From Aplysia californica (lineage: Eukaryota), in NCBI RefSeq assembly GCF_000002075.1, contig NW_004797344.1, positions 1 through 64,000 on the forward strand: a stretch of 64,000 bases of DNA, in the 5' to 3' direction. Within the stretch, counting starts at the first letter, position 1. Each line of letters starts with the position of its first letter. Shown one piece after another: positions 63,138-64,000 of the stretch. The translations under genes were made by a program, and so were the position numbers. A model generated the notes under the pieces. It saw nothing but the letters and a program-made list of their open reading frames with translations, did no database searches and had not been told where the DNA came from.

Positions 63138-63608
63138 GTCAGTGAATGAGAAATCATGATATATTAGATGCATTATTTTCTTTTGTTCATAGAGAAAGCC
63201 TAAAATCTGTTCATGTTGGTTCTAGTCAAAAGTCAAAATGTAGAGTGAACCAAATTCTTCTACTTGAGTAAAGACTCGTACACATCTTTCAGTGTCTTGT
63301 GAAACCTGAGAACTTTGGTATTGGAGCTGAAGTAATGTTAGAAAACTATTTGCAACAGGTCATGTTTCATGCTTAGGGTTGGAATATTTCATAAACAGTG
63401 GTCCAAAAGTGGTCAAGATACAATTGTTTGAAATTATCTGTTTTTTAAGGGTAATTTATGTGTATGACTGGTGCTTGCAAATTATGAAAGGTTTCACCAT
63501 TCACTTCAGATTTCATGTCTGATCTCACTTTATACGAGATATGAACTTGTGTTTTTGCAGAAAAGTTTCTCAAAACTTTATATGAGATATGAACTTGTGT
63601 TTTTGCAG

Positions 63609-63809
63609 AAAAGTTTCTCAAAACGACTCAAAGATGGCGCTAAGTTCATATCAGAGGTACCAGAAACGGAAGCAGAAGCTGGTGATAATGGTGCAACAGC
63701 AACGGCAACGGCATCTCCCTGCAAAGAGGTCTCAGATACTGATCATGAGCGTATTCAGTCTGCTGTTGATTCACTACAGTCCGGAGAGCTGATAGCAGAT
63801 GGATCAAGG
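63609..63809 (+). CDS. CDC25: CDC25-family exon leading into the catalytic domain; gene continues beyond the window
   Basis: KSFSKRLK..IQSAVDSLQSGELIADGSR resembles the LIGDFSK motif preceding the CDC25 rhodanese domain. Alternative acceptor at 63561. The catalytic HCX5R is not in the window. Confidence 0.7.
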
Positions 63810-64000
63810 GTATATATATATATACTGTAGTGTCTAGTTTCAGCTGATTTTGCCATGTGATGATTCAAAGTGAGTTTATAAAACGCGCTTTCGATTAGTG
63901 TCATTTAGAGTTACTTTTTGGCACCAGTTTTATGTTTTGAAGGTTGCGTTTTGAGAAATTTTCTTTACAGCAGTGATTATTTCCGTTGGCCTTATTATTA

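Overview
Animal genomic DNA (AT-rich, spliceosomal GT-AG introns, three N gaps). The repeat landscape suggests a gastropod mollusc or other lophotrochozoan, which is an inference. I reconstructed four genes by hand, with splice phases that close. (1) An ENTPD4/7-type Golgi/lysosomal NTPDase on the minus strand, 10 coding exons, 578 aa. (2) PEX11 on the plus strand, 3 exons, 252 aa, head-to-head with the NTPDase. (3) MRPL54 on the minus strand, 2 exons, 136 aa. (4) The N-terminal regulatory half of a CDC25-family phosphatase on the plus strand, running off the right edge. A possible first exon of a fifth gene sits at the left edge. Introns and UTRs are full of RTE LINE fragments, RNase H-bearing LINE fragments, tRNA-derived SINEs, and TA-, TTAA- and 9-bp-TSD non-autonomous DNA transposons, several of them nested. 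The most unusual signal is an excess of TA-flanked palindromes (TAGATCTA, TAGGCCTA, TACCGGTA, TACATGTA). They look like transposon excision footprints, they chain through shared TAs, and they pile up into arrays beside promoters. Other notable items are a 48-bp duplicated splice acceptor in CDC25, a ~2.9-kb foldback element in PEX11 intron 1, a candidate cassette exon in the NTPDase, and paired DR1 sites upstream of PEX11. No database searches were run, so all family assignments come from motif recognition.
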